Both the position numbers and the translations under genes were made by a program. The notes under the pieces are model-generated. The model did no database searches. It was not told the DNA's origin and saw only the letters and a list, made by a program, of their open reading frames with translations. From IMG/VR virus record IMGVR_UViG_3300011115_000717, positions 32,001-96,000 of that record: a stretch of DNA of 64,000 nucleotides; one strand, given 5' to 3'. Shown here piece by piece: positions 20,091 through 29,458 of the stretch. Position 1 is the first letter of the stretch, and each line of letters opens with the position of its first letter. The DNA is from a virus.

Positions 20091-22277
20091 ATGGCTAGTT
20101 CTTTTAATACCATGAATGATATATCTAAATCTATTAAACTAATTAAAGAGTGCCAATATTTAACTATTGGTTCTGATTATTTTATAGTAGATCATGTCTC
20201 CAATCCAACTACAATTAAAATAGGACATGGATTCGGTGAGATCAAATTAAAAGATACCAAAAATAATGAATTTATTTTAAATGGTAATTTAAATAAAATT
20301 GGACAATTATTTAAACCAAATAATCTCTTTGAGGTTGTTGGTGGTTCGTCCTATATTTTAAAAACTAATATTGATACTTTTCAATTAAATAGCGAATGGA
20401 AAGAATTTCCTACAGCCACTTTGGTTGAACAATTCATTGATGTTGGTGTTGGTGTTTCAAGTAAAATATTTGTTGAAAAGTCTTCAAATAAAGTTGTTAA
20501 ATTTGTTGGTAATTTAAATAAAATAAACAGTTTATTTGAAGAAATTCTTATTGCTCCTGTTACACCACATCCTGTTTTAATCGTAGAACAACAAAGATCC
20601 GTAAGAACTAAAACAATTCCCGGACCAATTGGTCCAGTTGGTTTAGCTGGCGTTCAGGGTGAGATGGGTCCAACTGGTATTATTGGTACACCAGGTACCA
20701 AAGGAGATACTGGAGAAAAAGGAGACAAAGGTGACCAAGGAGACAAAGGCGATCAAGGAGAAATTGGACCCGTTGGTGAAATTGGTCCACCTGGTATACA
20801 GGGCATACAAGGAATACAAGGTCCACCTGGACAAGATGGTAGTGTCGGTCCTCAAGGTGATGTTGGACCTCAAGGATTGGTTGGTCCGCAAGGTATCCAA
20901 GGTAAACCAGGATCGAATGGACAGAATGGCAAAGATGGAATCCAGGGCGCGATTGGACCTCAAGGTCCGATGGGCGAAAAAGGAGATCGCGGCGAGAAAG
21001 GCGAAAAGGGAGATCGAGGCCAAAATGGTCTACAAGGAATCCCAGGAGTTGCCGGTACAGTTGGACAAAAAGGCGATAAAGGTGACAAAGGAGAGATAGG
21101 TCCTATAGGAATATCTCCTGTCATAACAGCCGAATATCCTGTTATATTAAAAGAAGGAAAAATTTCTTTTGATGCTCAAAAAATAACAGCACTACTTGAT
21201 CAATTTAAAAATCAAGATATACAAAAAGCAATTGATAGTTTTGCAAAAACTGCTACACCAGGTGGTGGTGGTTTAGGTATTTTATTCCTAGGATCCAGAG
21301 TTTTAAAATCAGTTAATGATATTAATTTTACTGGTAGCGGTGTTACAGTTATACAACGTGGTAAAGGTGTAGAAGTAAATATTCCTGGTGGATCTGGTGG
21401 AGGTGGTGCAGTAAATAAAATTATTGCTGGTAGTGGAATTTTAGTTTCTCCTTCTGGTGGTACTGGTGATGTAACTATAACAAATCTGATATCTGTAAAG
21501 GCTACTGAAGGAACTATTCAAGTTGCTAATGGTAGTGATTTATTTGGAGACTCGGGATTTAGATATAATTATTCGACAGATGGTTCGTTACAGACACCAA
21601 AATCTTTTAAATTGGGAACCCTAGATCCAGATAGTTTTTTACAGTTTCATGATGGATCACAACAATTTACAGCTGCCAACACCTTTACATATGGAACAAC
21701 TGCATCACCTGGATTTACTCATGGTGATCGGTGGATGTCTTCCGATACCGGTATTGAATATGTTTATGTCAATGATGGTAATACTCCGCAGTGGGTTCAG
21801 CCTACTAATACAAGTGGTGGGCAAGCATATTCTCCAGTATATGGTTCATTCTATGACACCACAACTCAAGGTGCTACTTTAGGTAATACTGGATATGCAA
21901 TGACGTTTAATTCAACAGATTACTCAAATGGGGTATCTATTGTAAGTAATAGTCGTATAACATTAGATTATACTGGAATATATAATGTTCAATTTTCTGC
22001 ACAGTTGAATAAATCAACTGCTTCAAAGTCCCATATTGATATTTGGCTAAGAAAAAATGGAACAGATATATCAAATACAAATACTTCAATGTCTTTAGCC
22101 GGATCAGATGCTAAAACAGTAGCGGCATGGAACTTTTTTGTAGGAGTGACTGCAGGAGATTATCTTCAACTTATGTGGGCTACAGATGATACAAATAGTA
22201 ATATTTTATATCAGACCGCAACTTCTGTGCACCCAGCCACACCTTCCATCATTTTAACCGTAAATAAAACAAATTAA
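20091..22277 (+). CDS. Collagen-like fibre protein
   Basis: 55 uninterrupted Gly-X-Y triplets; C-terminal beta domain resembling BclA/C1q heads (YGSFYDTTTQ..GIYNVQFSAQL); TCTAAATA upstream. Confidence 0.85.
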   Translation: MASSFNTMNDISKSIKLIKECQYLTIGSDYFIVDHVSNPTTIKIGHGFGEIKLKDTKNNEFILNGNLNKIGQLFKPNNLFEVVGGSSYILKTNIDTFQLNSEWKEFPTATLVEQFIDVGVGVSSKIFVEKSSNKVVKFVGNLNKINSLFEEILIAPVTPHPVLIVEQQRSVRTKTIPGPIGPVGLAGVQGEMGPTGIIGTPGTKGDTGEKGDKGDQGDKGDQGEIGPVGEIGPPGIQGIQGIQGPPGQDGSVGPQGDVGPQGLVGPQGIQGKPGSNGQNGKDGIQGAIGPQGPMGEKGDRGEKGEKGDRGQNGLQGIPGVAGTVGQKGDKGDKGEIGPIGISPVITAEYPVILKEGKISFDAQKITALLDQFKNQDIQKAIDSFAKTATPGGGGLGILFLGSRVLKSVNDINFTGSGVTVIQRGKGVEVNIPGGSGGGGAVNKIIAGSGILVSPSGGTGDVTITNLISVKATEGTIQVANGSDLFGDSGFRYNYSTDGSLQTPKSFKLGTLDPDSFLQFHDGSQQFTAANTFTYGTTASPGFTHGDRWMSSDTGIEYVYVNDGNTPQWVQPTNTSGGQAYSPVYGSFYDTTTQGATLGNTGYAMTFNSTDYSNGVSIVSNSRITLDYTGIYNVQFSAQLNKSTASKSHIDIWLRKNGTDISNTNTSMSLAGSDAKTVAAWNFFVGVTAGDYLQLMWATDDTNSNILYQTATSVHPATPSIILTVNKTN
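20622..21116 (+). repeat. Collagen Gly-X-Y repeat (55 triplets)
   Basis: Counted from the translation, GPI...GIS. Confidence 0.9.
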
Positions 22278-22296
22278 TAAAGATAAATATTAACAC

Positions 22297-23928
22297 ATGG
22301 CACTAGATTTCCCTACATCACCAGCACTGAATGAAATTTACACATATGGTGGTCGTTCCTGGAAGTGGAACGGAACTGCATGGGATGTTTATAGTACCGT
22401 AAGTGGTGATGTTGTAACAAAACTTAATGGTTTGACTGGTGGTGTAACTCTTGCTGCTGGGTCAAATATTACTCTAACTCCAGTTGGTAATACCATTACT
22501 ATTGCGTCTTCTGGTGGTGGTGGTACTGGTAGTGGTGCGACTGGTGCAACTGGAGCAACGGGTCCACAAGGAAACACAGGTCCAGTTGGAGATTATGTAA
22601 GCACATTCAATGGACTCACAGGTGCTGTAACTGGTGTAACTCTTGGTGGTGCAGCCTTTACAGGACTCGTATCTTCTACAGTTGGATTCTCTGGTCCTGG
22701 AACAAATCTCATAGGTAACGCATCTGGATTGACTGCTGGTAGTGCTTCTAAAGTTCAAATTTCTGAAGCAGCAACAAGTACCGTGCATTATCTGGCTCTT
22801 GCAACTGGTACTGGTAACACTGGAATTTATATTGATACATCTGCTCCAAGATGGACATATACTCCGAGTACAGGATTACTGACTACCCCAACAGGAATTT
22901 TAACAGCACCGACTATAAATTCTAGTGGCACTGTTTATACAAATAATATTAACACTTATGTTTATGGTAATCCAATTACTATTTCTAGTGATGGTGGAAT
23001 TAATATAAATGAAACAAGTGGTACGGGTCTTGATGTGAATACCATTGGGACTATTCGTATGGGTGATATTTCTGGATTTGATAATGGTTATATTTTTGCT
23101 ATAAATGAGAGTGCTGGAGAAGTAGACTTTAGTGGTATGAGCATAATAAATGCTGGAGGAGTAGTTACAACATTCAATGGACTATATGGTGCAGTTACTG
23201 GTGTCAGTAAATTGAATGGTCTTTCAGGTGGCGTAACTCTCGCAGCCGGTACAAATATCACACTGACTCCCGTAGGAAATACAATTACCATTGCGTCTTC
23301 TGGTGGCGGTGGTGGAAGTTCTGTATATGGAGTTACTGCAAGTCTTGACTTCTCTGAAAATATTAATGGAATTCGATTGACGATTGGAGGAACTGGTAGC
23401 AATGGAACTGATCTTTCAGTAATAAATAAAGCAATTTCAATAGTTCCAACAATTTCTACATCGGGTGCAACATATTCATGTGTTTTTGTTTCTGCAACAC
23501 CTTCATATTCCACCGCCACATCGCAGTGGGCTGCAAAATTAATTTTGAAACCACCATTTGGAACAGGTGTTACATCTGCCAGTACTATTATTGCTGCCCC
23601 AATAACACAAATTTCTTTATATGTTACAGGATTAACTGGAAATACATATACAGATAATTGGACAAATATTTCAGGATCTGATTTGTATCATCAAGACGCA
23701 ACCTATGTAACTAAAACTCTCACAGGAATTACATGGGTTTCAGATAGTATGTTCTTAAACTGCAAAGTTTTAGGACTCACATCAGCAGATCACACTCCAG
23801 AGGATGCAATTCTAGAGGGTGTTAATTTCGAGATAAATAATATACTGGGAGGCACAGGGTTCGACATAATCGGACATGCTCCCGAAGGCACATACGGTAA
23901 GTACACAATTAAATGTTTAGGTCAATAA
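22297..23928 (+). CDS. Tail fibre / virion appendage-like protein
   Basis: N-terminal FPTSP..YGGRSWKWNGTAW; Gly/Thr rich; duplicated module KLNGL(T/S)GGVTLAAG(S/T)NITLTPVGNTITIASSGGGG. Confidence 0.65.
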   Translation: MALDFPTSPALNEIYTYGGRSWKWNGTAWDVYSTVSGDVVTKLNGLTGGVTLAAGSNITLTPVGNTITIASSGGGGTGSGATGATGATGPQGNTGPVGDYVSTFNGLTGAVTGVTLGGAAFTGLVSSTVGFSGPGTNLIGNASGLTAGSASKVQISEAATSTVHYLALATGTGNTGIYIDTSAPRWTYTPSTGLLTTPTGILTAPTINSSGTVYTNNINTYVYGNPITISSDGGININETSGTGLDVNTIGTIRMGDISGFDNGYIFAINESAGEVDFSGMSIINAGGVVTTFNGLYGAVTGVSKLNGLSGGVTLAAGTNITLTPVGNTITIASSGGGGGSSVYGVTASLDFSENINGIRLTIGGTGSNGTDLSVINKAISIVPTISTSGATYSCVFVSATPSYSTATSQWAAKLILKPPFGTGVTSASTIIAAPITQISLYVTGLTGNTYTDNWTNISGSDLYHQDATYVTKTLTGITWVSDSMFLNCKVLGLTSADHTPEDAILEGVNFEINNILGGTGFDIIGHAPEGTYGKYTIKCLGQ

Positions 23929-23938
23929 GGAGACTCTA

Positions 23939-25435
23939 ATGGGCGTTAATATCAAGGGCGGTAATAATTCAGCGGGTTTAGCAAATGTGAGTTCCACATA
24001 CGAACTACAGGTGGTGACTCCTATAACTGAAGTCGATGCAGGTTTCGTACAGTTGAGTACGGAAATTGACGCGGGAGATGTCACAGGAACGCGTTCCGTG
24101 GTTGCACTTGAAGCCTCTGACGACTATCGCCTCCGTGTGGGTATTGACCAGACTGTGTTCAATGCTTCCTTTGAAGGCACAACACTCCTGACTACTACCT
24201 GGAGTCAGTTGCTAACTACAGCAACCACTGCCCAAGCCAACGGATTTATGTCGCTTAACTCTACTCCAAGCACAGCCAGTGGTGCAGCAGCGTATGTGCG
24301 TACTCATCGACACTTTCCTACATTCGGAACTTATCCCACCTACTGTGATATGTGGATTCGTGAAGCCAATACAGCGGCTACAAACTCCATCAGCGAATGG
24401 GGATTTCTGTATCTCACTGCACAGGCTACACAACAACCCATTGACGGTATTTATTTCCGCCGCATTTCAGGCGGACAGTTGTACGCAGTAGTCACGAACA
24501 ACTCCACAGATATTGCGTCAGCCGCCATCACCACCACCAATGTGCCGCCCCGTGATGGTGTGGGTGCATTTGACGCAACAGAATCCAATCACTATATGCT
24601 TACCTACCACAATGATGTGGCTCGGTTCTGGATCAACGATGTCATCGTTGCAGAATTGGCTTGCCCTGCTGCTCAGGCACAGTTGACTTCTTCGTCCAAT
24701 AATCCTGTTGGTTTCCGTGTTCTTAATACGGGTGTTGCATCAGTTGGACGGCAACTTACTGTTGGATTTGTAAATGTAGGATTGGGTGATCAAAATGTCA
24801 ATAAGCCGTGGTCTCATGCTCTCTGTGGTATGGGTAATGGTGCGTATCAGTTTGCAAACGGTAACACACCTGGTCCAACCGTGAAACGAACCGCTGGTAC
24901 AAGCGGACACCCTGCAAGCGGAACTGTTCGTATTGCAGGTACATGGACTGCAACATCAGCACCCGCACTAAACGAACTTGGTGGATTGTGGACAACTCCT
25001 GCTATGTCAACACTAGCATCAGATGCTGACTATCCTGTGTTTGCATTTCAGAATCCAACAGGTACGGCTGTACTGCCAGGTAAGACTCTGTATGTTACAG
25101 GTGTTCGTGTGGGTGAGGCGTTCGTCTCGGCTGCGGCTTCCACCAATGCCATGTTCCTGTCCTACATTATTGCGGTTGGAAACAGCGCATCGGGTACTGG
25201 CACAGCAGATGCAGCAACAACGGTTTCGGGTAAGTCTGTTACTATTGGTGGTCACGGATTCATTGCAACCGAAGTAGTAGGTAACTATAAACCAGGATTT
25301 GAAATGCGTTTTGATTCTCCACTAATGGTTCCTGCGGGTCAGTATTTTACATTCATTGTTCGTCCGTTTGGTACAGTAGCATCAAATACTCTTGTGATTA
25401 CATGCAGTCTTGCAGTGAACGGATACTTTGAATAA
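23939..25435 (+). CDS. Putative virion structural beta-rich protein (paralog 1)
   Basis: GGAG RBS; colinear with 25741-27243 (LEASDDYRLR, FGTYPTY, PGKTLYVTG, AVNGYFE). Confidence 0.6.
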   Translation: MGVNIKGGNNSAGLANVSSTYELQVVTPITEVDAGFVQLSTEIDAGDVTGTRSVVALEASDDYRLRVGIDQTVFNASFEGTTLLTTTWSQLLTTATTAQANGFMSLNSTPSTASGAAAYVRTHRHFPTFGTYPTYCDMWIREANTAATNSISEWGFLYLTAQATQQPIDGIYFRRISGGQLYAVVTNNSTDIASAAITTTNVPPRDGVGAFDATESNHYMLTYHNDVARFWINDVIVAELACPAAQAQLTSSSNNPVGFRVLNTGVASVGRQLTVGFVNVGLGDQNVNKPWSHALCGMGNGAYQFANGNTPGPTVKRTAGTSGHPASGTVRIAGTWTATSAPALNELGGLWTTPAMSTLASDADYPVFAFQNPTGTAVLPGKTLYVTGVRVGEAFVSAAASTNAMFLSYIIAVGNSASGTGTADAATTVSGKSVTIGGHGFIATEVVGNYKPGFEMRFDSPLMVPAGQYFTFIVRPFGTVASNTLVITCSLAVNGYFE

Positions 25436-25716
25436 TGGCACTTCTTCAAATAATACAATCTCAAAATGGTGTTCCTGCCAATTATTGGAAAATTACATCT
25501 GTAGTTTTCAATTTGAGTGGATCGTGCACCATAAGAGTTGATGGGTATTTTGATGAGACTGCTCGGAGAGATAATTATGATGCTATGAAGTATTTTTCCT
25601 ACACAGTGGATTCTGCAAATATGGCAACTGTATTTCCAACAGGATTCAATCTTATGGCTGCGTATGATTATGTGAAAACACAAGTAGAGTTTTCGTTTGG
25701 TTCTGTTGATGTGTGA
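25435..25716 (+). CDS. Small hypothetical protein (possible fibre assembly chaperone)
   Basis: Translationally coupled (TAATG) to the upstream gene; position typical of a fibre chaperone. Confidence 0.5.
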   Translation: MALLQIIQSQNGVPANYWKITSVVFNLSGSCTIRVDGYFDETARRDNYDAMKYFSYTVDSANMATVFPTGFNLMAAYDYVKTQVEFSFGSVDV

Positions 25717-25740
25717 TTATTTAATTGAGAAAGAATATAA

Positions 25741-27243
25741 ATGGGTATTAAACTTCAAGGTGGAAACGATTCAACTAATCTGACAAGTGTGGATGCTCTG
25801 AATCAACTCAGAGTAACTACACCATTAACAGGAGTGTGTGCAGGATTTGTACAAGCCAGTGTTGAGAATGATGTGGGTGATGTGCTTGGATCTCGTGAAG
25901 TACTTGTACTTGAAGCCTCCGATGACTATCGTCTTCGCAGTGGTCTAGATCAGACGGTATTTAATACTACCTTTGAAGGTACCGTTCTACACACTTCGAT
26001 ATGGTTTCAATCTTTGTCTGTTATGACTACGGGAGTAGTCAATGGTTTTTTAACATTGAATGCTGGACTTAATACTGCTGCTGCTTCTGTTGCATATGTT
26101 CGTACCTACAGACAGTTTCCAGTCTTTGGAACTTATCCCACCTATGTTGATATGTGGGTTCGTGAATCTTTACCCGATACTACCAATTGTATTAGTGAAT
26201 GGGGTCTGATCTATACAGTCGCATCTGCTACACAACAATTAACTGATGCTATATGTTTTCGCCGTACTTCAAGTGGTCAGTTACGAGTGGCTATTGTAAA
26301 TAATAATATTGATGTAGAAGAAGAGGCTGTCAATGTGACAGGAGTTCCTTCTCGACATGGTGTTGGTATGTATGATCCATCACAATCTAATCATTATTTG
26401 ATAACAGTCATGAATGATATAGTTCGGTTTTGGATTAATGATACACTCGTTGCAGAAATAAAATGCCCTTCTGCACAGGCAAATTTTTCATCTGCTTCTG
26501 CTCTGCCTGTTGGGTTTCGTGTCCTAAATCTTGCTGCTACATCCACATCACGACAAATTTCAATAGGTTATGTGAATGTAGGCTTGGGAGATCAGAATAC
26601 CAACAAACCGTGGAGTCATGTATTAAGTGGTATGGGTCAAGGCTCATATCAAGTACAACAGGGATCCGCAACAATTCTAGGAACAGTTACTCGCTCTGGT
26701 GCAGGATTAGCAGGACATCCAAATAGTGCAACTGTTCGTGCTGCTGGCACATTTACACAAAGTTCAGGTCCATCAACAGGTAGTCTTGGTGGACTGTGGA
26801 CATCACCCGCAATGTCTACACTCACAACAGAATTTGAGTATCCAATATTTTCTTATATAAATCCTGTGGGTACTGCTGCTATTCCAGGTAAGACTCTATA
26901 TGTTACTGGAATTCGTATTGGTGAGACCAGTGCAACTGTGGCAGCAGCAGCGGGTGGTATGTTTCTATCTTACATTGTTATGCCTGAGTCATCAGGATCA
27001 AGTATGGCAACTACAGACTCAGTAACAAACACATCGGGTAAATCTATAGTTATGGGTGGACAAGGATTTGCTTCAACTGATGTGGCGGGAACCATGAAGC
27101 CAGGATTCGATATGTCTTTTCCTTCTCCTCTTGTTATTCCTGCTGGTAAATATTTAATTATTGGAGTCCGTTTATCAGGAACTACAGCATTAAATACTCT
27201 TGTAGTAACGGGAAGCGTTGCAGTCAATGGATACTTTGAATAA
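25741..27243 (+). CDS. Putative virion structural beta-rich protein (paralog 2)
   Basis: Full-length similarity to 23939-25435. Confidence 0.6.
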   Translation: MGIKLQGGNDSTNLTSVDALNQLRVTTPLTGVCAGFVQASVENDVGDVLGSREVLVLEASDDYRLRSGLDQTVFNTTFEGTVLHTSIWFQSLSVMTTGVVNGFLTLNAGLNTAAASVAYVRTYRQFPVFGTYPTYVDMWVRESLPDTTNCISEWGLIYTVASATQQLTDAICFRRTSSGQLRVAIVNNNIDVEEEAVNVTGVPSRHGVGMYDPSQSNHYLITVMNDIVRFWINDTLVAEIKCPSAQANFSSASALPVGFRVLNLAATSTSRQISIGYVNVGLGDQNTNKPWSHVLSGMGQGSYQVQQGSATILGTVTRSGAGLAGHPNSATVRAAGTFTQSSGPSTGSLGGLWTSPAMSTLTTEFEYPIFSYINPVGTAAIPGKTLYVTGIRIGETSATVAAAAGGMFLSYIVMPESSGSSMATTDSVTNTSGKSIVMGGQGFASTDVAGTMKPGFDMSFPSPLVIPAGKYLIIGVRLSGTTALNTLVVTGSVAVNGYFE

Positions 27244-27244
27244 C

Positions 27245-27272
27245 TTGACTTTAATTTTCTTTATGCTATAAT
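27245..27272 (+). promoter_or_regulatory. Sigma70-type promoter TTGACT-N16-TATAAT (extended -10)
   Basis: Ends 6 nt before the dUTPase ATG. Confidence 0.75.
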
Positions 27273-27278
27273 AGTCAC

Positions 27279-27797
27279 ATGTTCTTAGACTACTTTAAAG
27301 TTTCTCCAAATATTCCAGATCCAAACTTTCAGACCAAAATGTCTGCCTGCTTTGATCTAGCCGCATATATTCCATCTACTGAAAAAGTAAAAATTTATGA
27401 TGGAAAAAAGGAAAATTCCTTTCTTCCAGATCATGATGGAGAAAAAGGTCAAGATTACATCACCCTAATGCCTTCTGAAAGGGCTCTAATTCGCACAGGC
27501 TTGACTTTTAACGTGCCCCAAGGATATTCTGTCCGAATACACCCTAGATCAGGAATGGCTCTTAAATACGGTCTTACGCTTGCAAATTGCGAAGGCGTAG
27601 TCGATGAAGATTACACCTATGAGACCAAAATTATCATGATCAATACTAGCACAGATCCTGTCAGAATCTATAATAGAGATAGAATTGCACAGGCTGAACT
27701 CGTAAAGTATGAACAGCCAACGCTAATGGAAATTTATACAGAACCGAGTCTCAAGTCAGACCGTATCGGTGGGTTCGGTAGTACTGGAATCAGTTGA
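27279..27797 (+). CDS. dut: Trimeric dUTPase
   Basis: ACFDL, PRSGMALK, GVVDEDY, RIAQ, RIGGFGSTG motifs I-V. Confidence 0.95.
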   Translation: MFLDYFKVSPNIPDPNFQTKMSACFDLAAYIPSTEKVKIYDGKKENSFLPDHDGEKGQDYITLMPSERALIRTGLTFNVPQGYSVRIHPRSGMALKYGLTLANCEGVVDEDYTYETKIIMINTSTDPVRIYNRDRIAQAELVKYEQPTLMEIYTEPSLKSDRIGGFGSTGIS

Positions 27798-28025
27798 TTT
27801 CTTTTTAGAAAATTTAATTGATTTAAATTCTTTCCAGACTAACCAAACTACGAATACGACAACTGGAAAATACCAGAATGCCCATTCGGATGCTTTGTCT
27901 GGAGTATTGAAAAAAGAATTTTCAGAGACTGTGTGAATATGTTCACCAGTCTTTGTCTTTAATGTGACAAATTCAGGACTAGTACATGAGGCGAGAAAGA
28001 GAATGATTGGAAGTAAATATTTCAT
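27756..28025 (-). CDS. Lipoprotein with C-terminal TM helix (unimolecular-spanin-like)
   Basis: MKYLLPIILFLASC lipobox; WAFWYFPVVVFVVWLVW TM followed by a Lys-rich tail. Confidence 0.55.
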   Translation of the reverse strand: MKYLLPIILFLASCTSPEFVTLKTKTGEHIHTVSENSFFNTPDKASEWAFWYFPVVVFVVWLVWKEFKSIKFSKKKSTDSSTTEPTDTV

Positions 28026-28453
28026 TTGTTGCTCCCTGCTGCTGAACCAAAGTAGAACCCAACAACGGCAAGTAGAACTTGACGATTTTCTTCTGCTAAG
28101 AAATATCCTGGAATTTCAATAAAGTATTTACGAGTTGTTTCTGGAATGAATCCAAAGATAGCATCTGGTTGTTTCTGTGAAATTTCTACAAAGGTAGGAA
28201 TACCAAAGAACGGTAAGACGAATGGAGCAGCCACAACTGCAAATAGGCAAGCAAGTACAATAAGACGACGAACATTCTTACCTACATCTATTGGAACTCG
28301 TTGAACAGCCTTATCTTGATTTTCAGTAGTTTGAGTATTTGCTTTGAGCATTTGCTCAAACATCTCTTTTTGATCCTGAGCCCGTTGAGCCCAGTACTTG
28401 AAAAGAAACCCAGTAGCAGTTCCACCAATTAATGATATGAGTTGTTCAGACAT
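28022..28453 (-). CDS. Putative holin (3-TM type)
   Basis: Three hydrophobic segments, RRLI motif, C-terminal VVGFYFGS. Confidence 0.55.
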   Translation of the reverse strand: MSEQLISLIGGTATGFLFKYWAQRAQDQKEMFEQMLKANTQTTENQDKAVQRVPIDVGKNVRRLIVLACLFAVVAAPFVLPFFGIPTFVEISQKQPDAIFGFIPETTRKYFIEIPGYFLAEENRQVLLAVVGFYFGSAAGSNK

Positions 28454-28461
28454 AATATACC

Positions 28462-29088
28462 TCAGTTCTTTTGATGTGAAAGTTGAATCTCAATCGACTC
28501 TTTGATAGCCTTAAAATGTTTCATTAAAATTTCTTCTTCTAGTTGTGGCTCAAAGTCTTCATGCCATTGAAGTAAAATAAATCCAATATTAATACCTTTA
28601 TTTTTTAAAGGAAGACATGCATAATCTGATACATTTTCATCTTCAAAGAACCCTTTGGTGTAACTTTCAGGTAATGACCGAAGAGGATAAATTAAATTTT
28701 TATTATCTAAAACATGGACCAATAAGGGAATAAACATAGAACATAAACTTGCTTTTAATTTTATTACCTGTGAGTTGTATCCTTTATGAGAGGATTCATG
28801 TGTTACAGAAAATTTACGCATGGAAATTCCATCCATAAAATAATCTCCATTATGAAACTGTAAAATGCTTGCTCTCATGCACTTTGTGGTAACTCTAAGT
28901 TCTGTTAATAATTCGTGTATTTCTGTATGAATTTCAATAAAATTATCTGTTTTTATTCTAGACTTTACAAATTTCATAATTCCATATACACCCCCGATCA
29001 CACCTACCATAATAAGAGAAATAATGTCTATAAATTTGGTATAATCGATGAGAGATAACAGCATATATTGAAACTCCATTGGGCGCAT
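28462..29088 (-). CDS. Single-TM protein with GAF-like domain (T4 holin T-like architecture)
   Basis: N-terminal TM, then RASILQFHNG...YACLPLKNKGINIGFILLQW GAF-like pattern; TATAAATA directly upstream. Confidence 0.45.
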   Translation of the reverse strand: MRPMEFQYMLLSLIDYTKFIDIISLIMVGVIGGVYGIMKFVKSRIKTDNFIEIHTEIHELLTELRVTTKCMRASILQFHNGDYFMDGISMRKFSVTHESSHKGYNSQVIKLKASLCSMFIPLLVHVLDNKNLIYPLRSLPESYTKGFFEDENVSDYACLPLKNKGINIGFILLQWHEDFEPQLEEEILMKHFKAIKESIEIQLSHQKN

Positions 29089-29091
29089 TAA

Positions 29092-29099
29092 TATTTATA
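29092..29099 (-). promoter_or_regulatory. T4-type late promoter TATAAATA
   Basis: Exact gp55 consensus at the head of the reverse membrane-protein operon. Confidence 0.7.
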
Positions 29100-29102
29100 T
29101 TC

Positions 29103-29130
29103 TTGACTATGGGGTGTAATGTGGTATAAT
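29103..29130 (+). promoter_or_regulatory. Sigma70-type promoter TTGACT-N16-TATAAT (extended -10)
   Basis: Ends 7 nt before ATG 29138; heads the DNA polymerase operon. Confidence 0.78.
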
Positions 29131-29137
29131 ATACACC

Positions 29138-29458
29138 ATGAATAAAGATGAATTGTTCCACCTACACGAAGACATTTGCCGTCGTGCCTTAGTTATAATG
29201 CGGGCAAAATCCGCCGATTACTCCTCTGGATCAGACCCTTTTGCTAACTTTAAGCGAGGAGAGATACTGGGGTTTGCGAGTGCCGAAGAGGGGTTAATGT
29301 TGCGAGTAGTCGATAAAATCTCACGTATTTCCACTTTTCTTAAGAAGGGTGAACTAAAAGTGGGAAATGAGAGTGTTCAAGACAGTATTCTTGATGTTAT
29401 TAATTATATGATTTTACTTCAGGGGTTGTTGACAGATAAAGAAACCAAATCATTATGA
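29138..29458 (+). CDS. DUF1599 / nucleotide-modification-associated domain protein
   Basis: KSADY, DPFANF, RVVDKISRI, ESVQDSILDVINY. Confidence 0.7.
   Translation: MNKDELFHLHEDICRRALVIMRAKSADYSSGSDPFANFKRGEILGFASAEEGLMLRVVDKISRISTFLKKGELKVGNESVQDSILDVINYMILLQGLLTDKETKSL

Noticed and set aside
20643-21099. Alternative-frame ORFs over the collagen repeat (likewise 23088-23519, 44851-45247, 57813-58274)
   Set aside because: By-products of repetitive, stop-poor codons in the real genes
23939-27243. Diversity-generating retroelement TR/VR pair
   Set aside because: Divergence spans the whole gene and is not adenine-specific; no reverse transcriptase in the window
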